Below are positions 1-10,748 of a DNA stretch of 64,000 nt, in pieces. The stretch's first letter is position 1, and each line of letters begins with the position of its first letter. A program made the position numbers and the translations under genes. The stretch is from Escherichia phage vB_EcoM_IME537, in sequence record NC_054921.1; one strand, given 5' to 3'. The notes beneath the pieces are model-generated. The model was not told where the DNA came from and did not search any database. It saw nothing but the letters and a program-made list of their open reading frames with translations.

Positions 1-2
1 TT

Positions 3-20
3 AAAGGCCCGAAGGCCTTT
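3..20 (-). terminator. GC stem-loop with UUCG tetraloop on transcribed strand, 3' of ORF 19..207
   Basis: inverted repeat aaaggcc/ggccttt; CUUCGG-type hairpin common at T-even gene ends. Confidence 0.4.
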
Positions 21-207
21 AATAATCTAACGGTAAGAGAGTACGATATATTTCAAACTTTGGACCTTTTTCATAGGCATCAAATGTTTCTGTGAATTTA
101 TTATAAGCATATGCATCTACAAATTCGAGAATGACTTGTGATACAGAAGTAGAAACATCTCCACCTTCTTTTTGAGCAATGACAATTGTTTCTAAGTAAG
201 CTTTCAT
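19..207 (-). CDS. hypothetical protein, 62 aa
   Basis: ORF whose ATG overlaps ligase stop (ATGA). Confidence 0.5.
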   Translation of the reverse strand: MKAYLETIVIAQKEGGDVSTSVSQVILEFVDAYAYNKFTETFDAYEKGPKFEIYRTLLPLDY

Positions 208-1667
208 AGACTAGTTACCTCATGAAAATCGCCAAATACATCTTCGAACGTATTAGCTTTAGTTTTATCTTCGCGTAAACGAATCGCAATCGGAAGAAAT
301 AATTTAACGTAATCAGTGCGGCCATCAGATTTTAACCAACCGTTGCATTCGCACTCTAGAATTTTTCCAATATAATAATTTTGGTTTTCCATAATGCGAG
401 TACGGTCAAGTTCATGCGATTTTACACCGGCTTTATCTTTTAAGCCTGAACCAGCATTTACCTTAATTTTTCCACACTCTGACTCAAGAATAAATCCACC
501 TGCTTTAGTAGGGTCTTTACGGTGAGGATAAATTCCTACAATTTTTAAATCAACATCAATTACTTCTTTAAATTTATAGAGATTTTTTGAACGAGCATTT
601 TCCCATAATCCATCGATATTTTTGAGAATAATACCTTCAAGACCTTGGTCAATATACTTTTTATAAATTACCTTAGCTTCATCTAGGTTATTTACTACCT
701 GGTTTTCAATTAAAATTACTTTATCATATCCTGATGTCATTTGTTCTAGTTTAGAAAAACGTACATCATATTTCAAACGAAATGCAGGAAGACCGTATAT
801 TTCTACCAACGGAACATAATCCCAGACCTGAAACTTCATACATTGGGCTTCTTTTTCAGAAATGGTTCCCTTTAAAGATTTATTGGCGATTCCATTAGAA
901 GTAGTACGTGATTCAGCTACTTCGGCGAATTCTTTGGCTTTACTAATTTCAGGATAAGCATCAAAAAGAAAATCTAGTCCTTCTGGTTCCTTTTTAACTT
1001 GCTCATGGTATACCAATTCGCCATCAATTAACACACCTTCTGGATGAATCTGGCGGGCTTCAGCAGTCATTTTGATTAACTCTTCCTTAAGAAGATCTAA
1101 TCCTAGATATTCATTACCAGCTCGCGATAAAAGACGAACATCATCTAATTCATCGCCTCGGACTTCAGCAAAGCACCGAGCCCCATCAGCTTTTAACTGG
1201 GCAAAGGCTGGAAATTTGATATTCTTATTAATGCCTTTTTCATCATAAGAACTTGCAAGCATTTGAGGTTGTTCAGGAATTAAACCTGGCCAAACTTTGT
1301 TTGCAATAGATACTGAAGCACCGCATTCAAGGTCTCGCATCATCACTCGACGCAAAACTTCAACATCATCTTTTTTACCATCGGTGATATATCCAGTTAA
1401 TTCCTCAATTGCTGCATTTCCAGTCAATTTCCGAGTAGCTAATGTGAATTCAATGAAGTCAAGCATATCGGTAAGAGTCAACATTCCAAAACTCTGGGTA
1501 GCAATACCAGGTTTAGGCCATTTCTTGATATAATACTGTAACCCACGAGAATAAGTCAGACGATATACTCGTTTAAGCAATTCATTATCTTTATTCTTTT
1601 CAAGAATTGCTTGCTTCTGCTTAGTTGAACCAATAGATGCTATTTCGTTCAGAATTTTAAGAATCAT
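204..1667 (-). CDS. 30: ATP-dependent DNA ligase
   Basis: 487 aa, matches T4 gp30 as recalled; adenylation motif QLKADGARC. Confidence 0.97.
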   Translation of the reverse strand: MILKILNEIASIGSTKQKQAILEKNKDNELLKRVYRLTYSRGLQYYIKKWPKPGIATQSFGMLTLTDMLDFIEFTLATRKLTGNAAIEELTGYITDGKKDDVEVLRRVMMRDLECGASVSIANKVWPGLIPEQPQMLASSYDEKGINKNIKFPAFAQLKADGARCFAEVRGDELDDVRLLSRAGNEYLGLDLLKEELIKMTAEARQIHPEGVLIDGELVYHEQVKKEPEGLDFLFDAYPEISKAKEFAEVAESRTTSNGIANKSLKGTISEKEAQCMKFQVWDYVPLVEIYGLPAFRLKYDVRFSKLEQMTSGYDKVILIENQVVNNLDEAKVIYKKYIDQGLEGIILKNIDGLWENARSKNLYKFKEVIDVDLKIVGIYPHRKDPTKAGGFILESECGKIKVNAGSGLKDKAGVKSHELDRTRIMENQNYYIGKILECECNGWLKSDGRTDYVKLFLPIAIRLREDKTKANTFEDVFGDFHEVTSL

Positions 1668-1933
1668 TGTTCATCCTTTAGAGTTTGGTTTACAGCTCTA
1701 TTATAAATCAATTCATCATTAAGCTCAGTCAAAGACCTGTGGTACGTGGTTCTAACTTTATTTCCTTGCATCCAGTGCTTGACGTAAATGAAACCTTGCT
1801 CTACACATTTTTTAAAAATTCGTTCGTCTTTTTGAGCTCGGAATTCTGGATTGCATCTAAAAAATTGATTTACGTGACCGTAATCACGTGTAGTATTACC
1901 TTCATTTTCATAAATAGTATGAACAACAAACAT
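1664..1933 (-). CDS. hypothetical protein, 89 aa (30.1 position)
   Basis: ORF coupled to following gene; position between 30 and rIII. Confidence 0.55.
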   Translation of the reverse strand: MFVVHTIYENEGNTTRDYGHVNQFFRCNPEFRAQKDERIFKKCVEQGFIYVKHWMQGNKVRTTYHRSLTELNDELIYNRAVNQTLKDEQ

Positions 1934-2772
1934 TAGAATGCTCCTTGGAAAATATTATCACCACAAGTAGGTCTATTATACAAATACTCTATACCGCCGG
2001 GTTTAATATAGTTCCATGTCTGAAACGGATGCGTCTGATATGGATGATATAGATGATTATAAGGATTAAATCCAGGAGTTCTCCAGGTAGTGTTCCAAGG
2101 AAAAGAATCGTTTTTAATCATCTTTTCAATTACATCTTTTATAGCTTTTTCACTATCAAAACTTTCTTTATTTTCCTTTGGTGAAAAAAGCTTATTCTCT
2201 ACATCGTTCCATGTATAAACTCGCTGAGCAGTTTTTGGAATATTATCACGCTCTCCTCGAGCCATCCAATAAACCGGAACATTTAATATTTCACTCGCGT
2301 GGTCGCAGTGGTGAGCGAGATCGTCAATATAACAAATTACGTTATATTTCTCTTTTGCCTTTTTGAACAACTCTTCTTTTGAAGAATCATGACCACACAT
2401 CATTACTTCTGAGAAGGCACCAGGAAAAAGAGCATTCAAATTAAATTGACGATTCAACAGAGCGTCAATAGAATCGCCCAATGCTGTAACAGCTACAAAA
2501 TTATAATCTTCTTTTAATTTGTTAATTACACACAGGGCATCTTTATACGGAGACAAGTAACGAATAAAATCTGAACGATTGTATTTTTCAATTAACTTGA
2601 CGCCAAGTTCTTCGTCACAATTAAAGAGTTTACCTGGAGAAATAAATTTCTCATCTTGGATCATTTTTAAAATATGTTCTAATGGAAGATTATATTTCTG
2701 AGCAAAATAAGGAAGGCCTGATTGCCAGCTTAAACATACTCCATCAATATCAGTTAAAATAGTAGGCTTCAT
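1933..2772 (-). CDS. HAD-superfamily phosphatase-like protein (30.2 position)
   Basis: 279 aa; HAD motifs DIDGV near N-terminus and YIDD. Confidence 0.65.
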   Translation of the reverse strand: MKPTILTDIDGVCLSWQSGLPYFAQKYNLPLEHILKMIQDEKFISPGKLFNCDEELGVKLIEKYNRSDFIRYLSPYKDALCVINKLKEDYNFVAVTALGDSIDALLNRQFNLNALFPGAFSEVMMCGHDSSKEELFKKAKEKYNVICYIDDLAHHCDHASEILNVPVYWMARGERDNIPKTAQRVYTWNDVENKLFSPKENKESFDSEKAIKDVIEKMIKNDSFPWNTTWRTPGFNPYNHLYHPYQTHPFQTWNYIKPGGIEYLYNRPTCGDNIFQGAF

Positions 2773-3233
2773 AGAGAGTCTCTTAATAGGTTTAACACAT
2801 CAATAAATTCAGCTTCGGTTAGTATTGTATCATCTTTTGTTAGACCACTAGCCATGCTGTGCTTCAAAACTTTTCCTTTCGAGGCTTGTAATGCATCACG
2901 AAAGCCCTTGTTTTGGATCGCTGCTTCAAAATATGCATTTGTGTATAATTCTTTCCACGCCGGGGAGTATCTTGAAAATGGAACTCCAAGCCAGAACAAC
3001 GTGCCACGGTCCTGAGCTCTAGCATAAGACCTTCCAGCTTGTTGGGCGGCAAGCCCGGATAACCCAAATATACGACGTTGTTGTTCAACATTTTTCACCT
3101 TGCACCCTTGGAGAAATCCTTCAAGACCTCCAAATTGGATACCATCCATAACAAAAGGCCATTGAGCGAAATTACTTAATGCACATGATGGCCATCTAAA
3201 ATTGCTTCTAATCTCTAACTCAGACATTTTCAA
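2769..3233 (-). CDS. NADAR (YbiA-like) domain protein (30.3 position)
   Basis: 154 aa; LSNFAQWPFVMDG resembles YbiA FSNFAAWPIKVDG. Confidence 0.65.
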   Translation of the reverse strand: MKMSELEIRSNFRWPSCALSNFAQWPFVMDGIQFGGLEGFLQGCKVKNVEQQRRIFGLSGLAAQQAGRSYARAQDRGTLFWLGVPFSRYSPAWKELYTNAYFEAAIQNKGFRDALQASKGKVLKHSMASGLTKDDTILTEAEFIDVLNLLRDSL

Positions 3234-3426
3234 TGCTTATAATTTCAACATCAGCCCAATGACCATAGCAAGGAAGACGAAATTCAACTGGCCAGTTAGG
3301 GTCCTTTTCTAATATAATAGACTCAACTCGTGGTTCTTCATGTTCATCAGTATATGGATTTTTATCTGTTACTTTATATGTGACCTTAATGTACTGAATT
3401 CCAAAAATCTTATTAATTATATTCAT
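3220..3426 (-). CDS. hypothetical protein, 68 aa
   Basis: ORF in operon context. Confidence 0.5.
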   Translation of the reverse strand: MNIINKIFGIQYIKVTYKVTDKNPYTDEHEEPRVESIILEKDPNWPVEFRLPCYGHWADVEIISIENV

Positions 3427-3620
3427 ACTAATTCCTTTAATCCGTAAATAGGAGATAATTCATCACCCATGCGAAGGTCTTCATTTCCATCTACCCAGGA
3501 AACAATATAAGCCTCTTTTATTTGAATACCACTCCATTTAAATGGAGGTAGAACCTTAGAAATTAATCCAGGTATACCAACTCCCTTTAATTCAACAGTT
3601 TGACCTAAAAAGAATTTCAT
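3423..3620 (-). CDS. hypothetical protein, 65 aa
   Basis: ORF in operon context. Confidence 0.5.
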   Translation of the reverse strand: MKFFLGQTVELKGVGIPGLISKVLPPFKWSGIQIKEAYIVSWVDGNEDLRMGDELSPIYGLKELV

Positions 3621-3907
3621 TAAAACCTCATCTGAAAACCATGCGATTTAACATTACCGCCGCCAATATCAGAAATGTTAATTTCACGCGCAATTGAAGG
3701 GTCAATGTCAATTTCGCGATTGAGTTTAGTGATAGCTAAAGTATCGCGGCCATTTACAGTACGGAACTCTAAAGGGCAGACTACATTAACATAGTTTTTA
3801 ATCGATTCACTAGTAGGCTGCAAATGAGCAGGAAGGTCTTTAGGTGCCTTAGAGAAAACCACTTCACAGAAATTTTTGCGGGTATCAAAATAAGTAGTCA
3901 TAAACAT
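3620..3907 (-). CDS. hypothetical protein, 95 aa
   Basis: ORF preceded by hairpin and SD. Confidence 0.55.
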   Translation of the reverse strand: MFMTTYFDTRKNFCEVVFSKAPKDLPAHLQPTSESIKNYVNVVCPLEFRTVNGRDTLAITKLNREIDIDPSIAREINISDIGGGNVKSHGFQMRF

Positions 3908-3923
3908 AGTATTTTCCTCAGTA

Positions 3924-3939
3924 AGGGGCCGAAGCCCCT
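3924..3939 (-). terminator. GGGGC-UUCG-GCCCC hairpin
   Basis: perfect 5-bp GC stem with tetraloop between ORFs. Confidence 0.45.
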
Positions 3940-3948
3940 CATTTTATT

Positions 3949-4314
3949 TTAAATATCAAATTCGTTAAGAACTACATCAAAGATTGCTTCAAGATGCTCA
4001 GGTTTAGCTCTGTTACTCAGAATATGACGAATCCAAGTTTTAACCAGAAGCTTGCGATTAACGCCATTCCAGCAAGGATGAGTCCCTAAATCGCGTTGAC
4101 GAAAATCATCATCCAATGCGATTTTAAAAGAAGAACCTTCTTTCGTGATTGAAACCGTGATGCCATTTTCAAATCGCATATAAACGTAGTTAGGAGTCAT
4201 ATACTGTTCAATTTCGCATACTGATCCATTTTGATGTTTCCAAAGGCAGATAGTATCAATAGAACCTGCAATACCGTTAGAAACATATTTACGTTCAAAG
4301 TTGATGTAATTCAT
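3949..4314 (-). CDS. hypothetical protein, 121 aa
   Basis: ORF downstream of early promoter. Confidence 0.55.
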   Translation of the reverse strand: MNYINFERKYVSNGIAGSIDTICLWKHQNGSVCEIEQYMTPNYVYMRFENGITVSITKEGSSFKIALDDDFRQRDLGTHPCWNGVNRKLLVKTWIRHILSNRAKPEHLEAIFDVVLNEFDI

Positions 4315-4339
4315 TTTTATTCTCCGAGATGTTTAATTG

Positions 4340-4380
4340 CGGTACAGGTATATAATATCATATCCTGTACCAAAGTAAAC
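4340..4380 (-). promoter_or_regulatory. T4-type early promoter (GTTTAC -35, TATTAT -10)
   Basis: minus strand GTTTAC-17 nt-TATTAT upstream of ORF 3949..4314. Confidence 0.5.
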
Positions 4381-4384
4381 TATT

Positions 4385-4753
4385 TTATGCAACTTTAATC
4401 CAATTATCTAAATTTAATTCACCTTTGGCTTTCATTTTTTCAATCAAGAGGTCAGCGGTAATACGACCATTTTGATACCACGTAACATCTTCAGAGTAAC
4501 CAGTTTCTTTATCTTCATAAGTCTCACAGCGAATTTTACCAAGAATCAAAGTTTTTAATTCGTATGTATCTCCAGTAAAAAAGTTAGTTAACATTATTTT
4601 CCAAGAGAAATCATCAGAAGGACCTTCAGGAGTCATACAATCTACGAATTCAAATTGTTCTTTATATAAATGCCACTGAAGTTCTTTAGTTTCAATAGCT
4701 TTATAGCCGTCGTGATCTTTACCTTTGATGTATGAGTTAAGATTGATTTTCAT
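4385..4753 (-). CDS. hypothetical protein, 122 aa
   Basis: ORF downstream of early promoter. Confidence 0.55.
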   Translation of the reverse strand: MKINLNSYIKGKDHDGYKAIETKELQWHLYKEQFEFVDCMTPEGPSDDFSWKIMLTNFFTGDTYELKTLILGKIRCETYEDKETGYSEDVTWYQNGRITADLLIEKMKAKGELNLDNWIKVA

Positions 4754-4770
4754 TTTATTCTCCTTTGTTT

Positions 4771-4810
4771 GTGTAAGATAATACTATCACAAAGGAACCA
4801 TACTGTAAAC
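4771..4810 (-). promoter_or_regulatory. T4-type early promoter
   Basis: minus strand GTTTAC ... TAGTATTAT upstream of ORF 4385..4753. Confidence 0.5.
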
Positions 4811-4838
4811 AACTTTGTGCAATCTTTGGAAAATAAAA

Positions 4839-4858
4839 AGGACTCCCGAAGGAGTCCT
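4839..4858 (-). terminator. AGGACUCC-UUCG-GGAGUCCU hairpin
   Basis: 8-bp stem with tetraloop; identical copy at 58850..58869. Confidence 0.45.
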
Positions 4859-4862
4859 TAAC

Positions 4863-5039
4863 TTATGCTTTCTGCTTACCAAAACGAGAAGCATCATCTC
4901 GAAGAACCGCACGTGCTCGGCGCATGATCTTCTCAACAGTTTGATTGATACGAGAGTTCGACCCACGCTTGTAACCAGCGCGTTTAGAATCACCGACTTT
5001 CTTTTCAACTGCTTTCTTTGCTTTAGCTTGTTTTGCCAT
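4863..5039 (-). CDS. small highly basic protein, 58 aa (MAKQAKAKKAVEKK...)
   Basis: ATG at 5039 within track ORF 4863..5081; Lys/Arg-rich; function unknown. Confidence 0.5.
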   Translation of the reverse strand: MAKQAKAKKAVEKKVGDSKRAGYKRGSNSRINQTVEKIMRRARAVLRDDASRFGKQKA

Positions 5040-5081
5040 TATAAATTCTCTTTTAAATGAAAATGCAGGACTTATTGGCAT

Positions 5082-5284
5082 TGCCTGCGCAAGCCCTCAA
5101 GGGGAACATAGGTTTTTGGATATTTAACGACCAGGATAACCATAAACCCGTCATCATTCACATTCAAGAGGTACACCGTAAAACTGCCGGGGTCTTAAAA
5201 CTATAATGATTCGCAAATCATTAATCAGACAGTTCGACGGCTCCTCGATTTTAGCTCACACTAAGGCAGTGAATCTCCAATGAA
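5082..5284 (-). other. 203-bp stretch with no ORF of 60 aa or more between rIII and the basic-protein gene
   Basis: unusually long non-coding gap for this genome; local hairpins; no recognisable promoter box. Confidence 0.4.
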
Positions 5285-5533
5285 TTACTTCAGTGTTACC
5301 ACAAAGTGACGAACTGCTTTTCGTGCAGCAGAAGCCAGAGGCTTAGCATATTTAAGTTCATCTTTTTCCTGAAGCTCAGCAGCTAATGCAGTTTGAGCAG
5401 GATTCAGATGTTTGAAATAACGCAGGATTTCAAGAGCTTCGGCTTCAACATCAATAGATGCGCCATAGTTTTCGTGACCATTATTCCATGCGTTTCGTTG
5501 CAGTTCAAGAGCGTGTTGTAATTGTTTAATCAT
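5285..5533 (-). CDS. rIII: rIII lysis-inhibition accessory protein
   Basis: 82 aa, matches T4 RIII as recalled. Confidence 0.9.
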   Translation of the reverse strand: MIKQLQHALELQRNAWNNGHENYGASIDVEAEALEILRYFKHLNPAQTALAAELQEKDELKYAKPLASAARKAVRHFVVTLK

Positions 5534-5680
5534 TTAAAAATTCTCGTTAGAGATTAAAACTCGGTAGTCACGTTCTTCTGAATTTCATCTTCTTTCGACA
5601 GATCTCTCAGTTGTAGACTACCACGTAGAATTGTTCGGTTAACTTATTATTCCGACACCCAATTCATATTATTATTTATA

Positions 5681-6016
5681 TCACTTATAAAGACACGGAA
5701 TAGCTTTATAGTGACATGTTACGAATTTTTGTTTAATTTCTTTTGGCTGCTTAAGACCCAGAGCTACAAAAGGATGCGGAACGTTTCGAATTTGACCAAC
5801 TGGAAGAGAAGTCAAATCACCAACTTCGCAGAAACCTTCGGGAACATCAGGACCAACAGAGTGAATTACACACAGTTCAGGAACTTCACCTTGAACACGT
5901 TTACCGATAATAAGTCCTGATTCTGTAACTTCTTCATCACCGGCTTGTGCAGGTTCAGAAACTAAAATAACATATTCACCTACAGCACGAATTGGTAGCT
6001 GTTGTACTTCAGACAT
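5681..6016 (-). CDS. 31: gp31 co-chaperonin (GroES analogue)
   Basis: 111 aa, matches T4 gp31 as recalled. Confidence 0.95.
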   Translation of the reverse strand: MSEVQQLPIRAVGEYVILVSEPAQAGDEEVTESGLIIGKRVQGEVPELCVIHSVGPDVPEGFCEVGDLTSLPVGQIRNVPHPFVALGLKQPKEIKQKFVTCHYKAIPCLYK

Positions 6017-6072
6017 CGTTTTTCCTTTTTGTTAACAGATGAATTAATAATAACAAATAATTCTTAAAGCAT

Positions 6073-6381
6073 TTATTTACCAATAAATTGAAGCAAATGC
6101 TCAACTTTCATGCCATTAACGGAAATCAATTTGTCAATAGAAAAACCTCGCCATGCACCGAGTTCAACATCAAATACCGGAATCATATCAGTAGATTCTT
6201 TCCGAGTAGATTCAGTCAATTTACCGGTTTGCATGGTTGGCATAAAGTCTGCATCACGAGTACCTTTCATAGTACGAATAGTACCATCAGACTTTTCAAA
6301 AACTACGTTTGAAACACCCATGGACAATTTAGTTTTCAAAATTTCACGAATTGCTACTTTCTGCTCAGTTGTCAGTTTCAT
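6073..6381 (-). CDS. hypothetical protein, 102 aa (31.1 position)
   Basis: ORF upstream of gene 31. Confidence 0.55.
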   Translation of the reverse strand: MKLTTEQKVAIREILKTKLSMGVSNVVFEKSDGTIRTMKGTRDADFMPTMQTGKLTESTRKESTDMIPVFDVELGAWRGFSIDKLISVNGMKVEHLLQFIGK

Positions 6382-6618
6382 TTATTTACCTATCACAGTT
6401 TTAATATGGGTTGTTCCACGTTCTTTAAGTGTGGAAAGCAGTTTTTGGCATTTTTCTAAATCAGATTTCCAACTATACGGCCTATCAATACAAACCCATT
6501 CTGACTTATAATACTGCTTCCATTTAGAGAAAAAATATTTCTTATACTCTACAGCAAATGAGATGTTCTCGTTAGAATAAGAACTAATTGCTGTGAGCTT
6601 TACCAAACGAAATTTCAT
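6382..6618 (-). CDS. hypothetical protein, 78 aa
   Basis: ORF abutting cd. Confidence 0.5.
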   Translation of the reverse strand: MKFRLVKLTAISSYSNENISFAVEYKKYFFSKWKQYYKSEWVCIDRPYSWKSDLEKCQKLLSTLKERGTTHIKTVIGK

Positions 6619-7199
6619 TATTCACCACAGAATTCGTTGATATTTTCCCAGTTTAACTTATTCAAGTTTTTCTTAGGAACATTAAACACTTCAATACCTG
6701 CATTTCGCAGAATATCATCCCAGCCAGGTTTATTTTTATCGTATGTTTCGCAATAAACCAGCTTTTTAATACCAGATTGAGCTATCGCTTTTGCGCAATC
6801 TGGGCAAGGAGAAAGTGTTACATACATAGTAGCACCTTCAATTGAAGAACCATTTCGTGCAGCAAACAAAATCGCATTTAGTTCAGCATGAATTTCATTT
6901 TTAGACGACCATTCAGAGTGAGCGCTACGGTGTTCTTTCGCCAAAACAAAACGATCAGTTGAACCAAACGATACACATTCAGGCTTATGACCTTGAATGA
7001 TAGTATGTTTAGGCTTATTCAGCAACCAACCTTGCTCAGCAGCATAATCACAGCAATTCACACCACCTGCCGGAGAACCGTTATATCCAGTAGAAATAAT
7101 ACGTCCATTCTTTTCAATTACTGCTCCTACCTTCCAGGAGCAACATTTGGATTCTTGTGATACTAAATATGCAATTTGAAGTACTGTACTCGCTTTCAT
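6618..7199 (-). CDS. cd: dCMP deaminase
   Basis: 193 aa; zinc-binding deaminase motifs HAELNAI and PCPDC. Confidence 0.93.
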   Translation of the reverse strand: MKASTVLQIAYLVSQESKCCSWKVGAVIEKNGRIISTGYNGSPAGGVNCCDYAAEQGWLLNKPKHTIIQGHKPECVSFGSTDRFVLAKEHRSAHSEWSSKNEIHAELNAILFAARNGSSIEGATMYVTLSPCPDCAKAIAQSGIKKLVYCETYDKNKPGWDDILRNAGIEVFNVPKKNLNKLNWENINEFCGE

Positions 7200-7534
7200 T
7201 TCATAATCACCAGATAAGCAGATTTAGCAGTTTCAACACGATAAATTTCGTGACGAAGTTTAGTTATACTTTTAATAACAGAACTAATTATATTCTGCCC
7301 GTCTTTAAAGCGGTTTTTCTTATCAATAAAAATTGCACCAGCCATCTTTTTGTGAAGCTCAACTGGATACTTCGTCACAATAATAGCATCATACACAGAA
7401 GGATGAATACTATTCACCAGAGTATCATTCATTAAAGTTATTCTAATGAACTGTGCTGTGTCAGAGTCAAGCGCTCTATGATCGCCAGTATCATTTTCAA
7501 GACAATTATCAATTATATCAGTTAAATTCATCAT
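7196..7534 (-). CDS. hypothetical protein, 112 aa
   Basis: ORF coupled to cd. Confidence 0.5.
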   Translation of the reverse strand: MMNLTDIIDNCLENDTGDHRALDSDTAQFIRITLMNDTLVNSIHPSVYDAIIVTKYPVELHKKMAGAIFIDKKNRFKDGQNIISSVIKSITKLRHEIYRVETAKSAYLVIMK

Positions 7535-7767
7535 AGTACGCCATACACCCTTTGTGCTTCAACTAATCCATCAAAATCCAATTTAAGATGCGATATTTGA
7601 TCGCCATCACCTGGATTCACAATTACTAATACTGAACGAGGAGTTTCGGTAATAACACGAACCGATGTTTCAGGAAATCGTTCAGAAACCTTATTTACCA
7701 ATTCCTGCGCAAATAGCTTAACTTTTTCTTGGAATTCTTTAACAGTAATCGGTTTTTCACTTAGCAT
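7531..7767 (-). CDS. hypothetical protein, 78 aa
   Basis: ORF. Confidence 0.5.
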   Translation of the reverse strand: MLSEKPITVKEFQEKVKLFAQELVNKVSERFPETSVRVITETPRSVLVIVNPGDGDQISHLKLDFDGLVEAQRVYGVL

Positions 7768-8288
7768 GTTGATCCCAGCTCCTTACTTTCAACGTTTTTA
7801 ACTAATTTGACAGAAACTAATTCAGCATCTTGAGTAATCATTACTGGGCCTTCTTCATACTCTTCAAGATATTCTAGAGCTTTCTTTTTAGCTTCTTCCT
7901 TCGTATCAGTTTGAGCATAGATATAAAACATACAACCAGTAATACCTACTACTTTCCATTTAATTTCTTTATCAGTTTTAATTTCAAATTTACTGACAGA
8001 ATCATCTTTTTGAACTTCTTCGAAAAAAGAATATTCTAACATATAAGCAATTGAAAATAACGGGCTATCTTTATAGGATTCGCCCATTACATCAATAGCT
8101 TTATACCAGCAGTCATCAATTTCGCGTTTAATGCTAATAACATTCTTTGCAGGGTCAATTTTTACTTTAAATGAATTTTCCCCAATAAACTGGGCAATTC
8201 GTTTATTAGCCCCGCAAGTTTCATTAAAAATATCTTTATACCCAGTTTTAAAGCGATAAACCTTATCTTCTTCAAACCATTCGCTCAT
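7761..8288 (-). CDS. hypothetical protein, 175 aa
   Basis: ORF downstream of early promoter. Confidence 0.55.
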   Translation of the reverse strand: MSEWFEEDKVYRFKTGYKDIFNETCGANKRIAQFIGENSFKVKIDPAKNVISIKREIDDCWYKAIDVMGESYKDSPLFSIAYMLEYSFFEEVQKDDSVSKFEIKTDKEIKWKVVGITGCMFYIYAQTDTKEEAKKKALEYLEEYEEGPVMITQDAELVSVKLVKNVESKELGSTC

Positions 8289-8305
8289 TTCAATTTCCTC
8301 ATTTG

Positions 8306-8347
8306 TTTGGTAGAGCTATAATATCACAACTCTACCGTAAAGTAAAC
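8306..8347 (-). promoter_or_regulatory. T4-type early promoter
   Basis: minus strand GTTTAC ... TATTAT upstream of ORF 7761..8288. Confidence 0.45.
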
Positions 8348-8349
8348 TA

Positions 8350-8625
8350 TTAAATCGCTTTGAATTCCGCAGTTTGAGATTCAAAACGAATGTCGCCTTT
8401 GATAACTAGCTCAGCATCAAGACCGAATACAACAATGATATGCGCGGAACCTGGATACAACGTGATGGCAACAGAATCCACCTGGTCTGGAAGCAAAGTA
8501 TTCAATACATGAGTCACTTGAGCATGAATTCGAAGCTCAGCTGCATTATCAAGCTTTTCAAACATATTATTAGCGATAATTTGGCTAAACACTACTTCTA
8601 CGATTTTAGAATAAGTCGGAAACAT
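8350..8625 (-). CDS. hypothetical protein, 91 aa
   Basis: ORF. Confidence 0.5.
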   Translation of the reverse strand: MFPTYSKIVEVVFSQIIANNMFEKLDNAAELRIHAQVTHVLNTLLPDQVDSVAITLYPGSAHIIVVFGLDAELVIKGDIRFESQTAEFKAI

Positions 8626-8627
8626 AT

Positions 8628-8820
8628 TTACCTCACATAATTTTCTTCAAGCCAATCAATAACATCCAACGCATTATCAAAAGTTGAACCATCTACTTTG
8701 TCTTCTGTTTCATAATCAAGAACATCTAAGCCTACTCTTCCATCAACAATAGGCCATAAACAAAATAGATATTTCTTTTCTTTTTCAATTTTATCACAAA
8801 GACGATAAATCTTTTCTATA

Positions 8821-8828
<8 letters not shown>
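8628..8828 (-). CDS. hypothetical protein, 66 aa
   Basis: ORF. Confidence 0.5.
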
Positions 8829-10221
<1,393 letters not shown>

Positions 10222-10225
<4 letters not shown>

Positions 10226-10452
10226 TTATTTTTCTCAACTAATGATTGAATATAATCATGCAGGTCTTTAGATGCTTTACCCCACTTATTTTGGTATTCA
10301 TTTTTAAGATTAGCCCGAGATTGAGCTAATAAAACATCATTAGTTGGAGGTAAAGATTCTAATCGTTGAATCTGGCGTCCATAAATCATTGCAGCCATCT
10401 CGGATTCATAAATCAATCCTTTGAGATGTTCAAATTGATTCCATGAAATCAT
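10222..10452 (-). CDS. hypothetical protein, 76 aa
   Basis: ORF. Confidence 0.5.
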
Positions 10453-10748
10453 TTACATTTATCCTCTTTTAGCTCTTGACGATAATAACATATCATAGTT
10501 TTTTGGTCATGTACATATCGTTTTACATCATTAAGCCAAATACGAAATTCCTGGGAATCTTCAAATGGCATACCAACCCAAGCTTTACCATCAATAACTT
10601 TAACTTGCCAGGATAGTTTAGCTTCATCATATGACTTTATTTGCACAGGCCAATTAGGATGAACTGTTTCTTTCTTTACTTCTAGAGGCTTTGTCGAACA
10701 ACCAACTAGAAGACCAATAGATAATATTACTGCCGATAGTTTAATCAT
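10449..10748 (-). CDS. o-spanin-like outer-membrane lipoprotein
   Basis: 99 aa; signal peptide with lipobox LLVGC. Confidence 0.6.
   Translation of the reverse strand: MIKLSAVILSIGLLVGCSTKPLEVKKETVHPNWPVQIKSYDEAKLSWQVKVIDGKAWVGMPFEDSQEFRIWLNDVKRYVHDQKTMICYYRQELKEDKCK

Noticed and set aside
5082-5284. tRNA gene in the non-coding gap
   Set aside because: No cloverleaf arrangement or convincing T-loop (GTTCGANNC) box with correct spacing was found on either strand.
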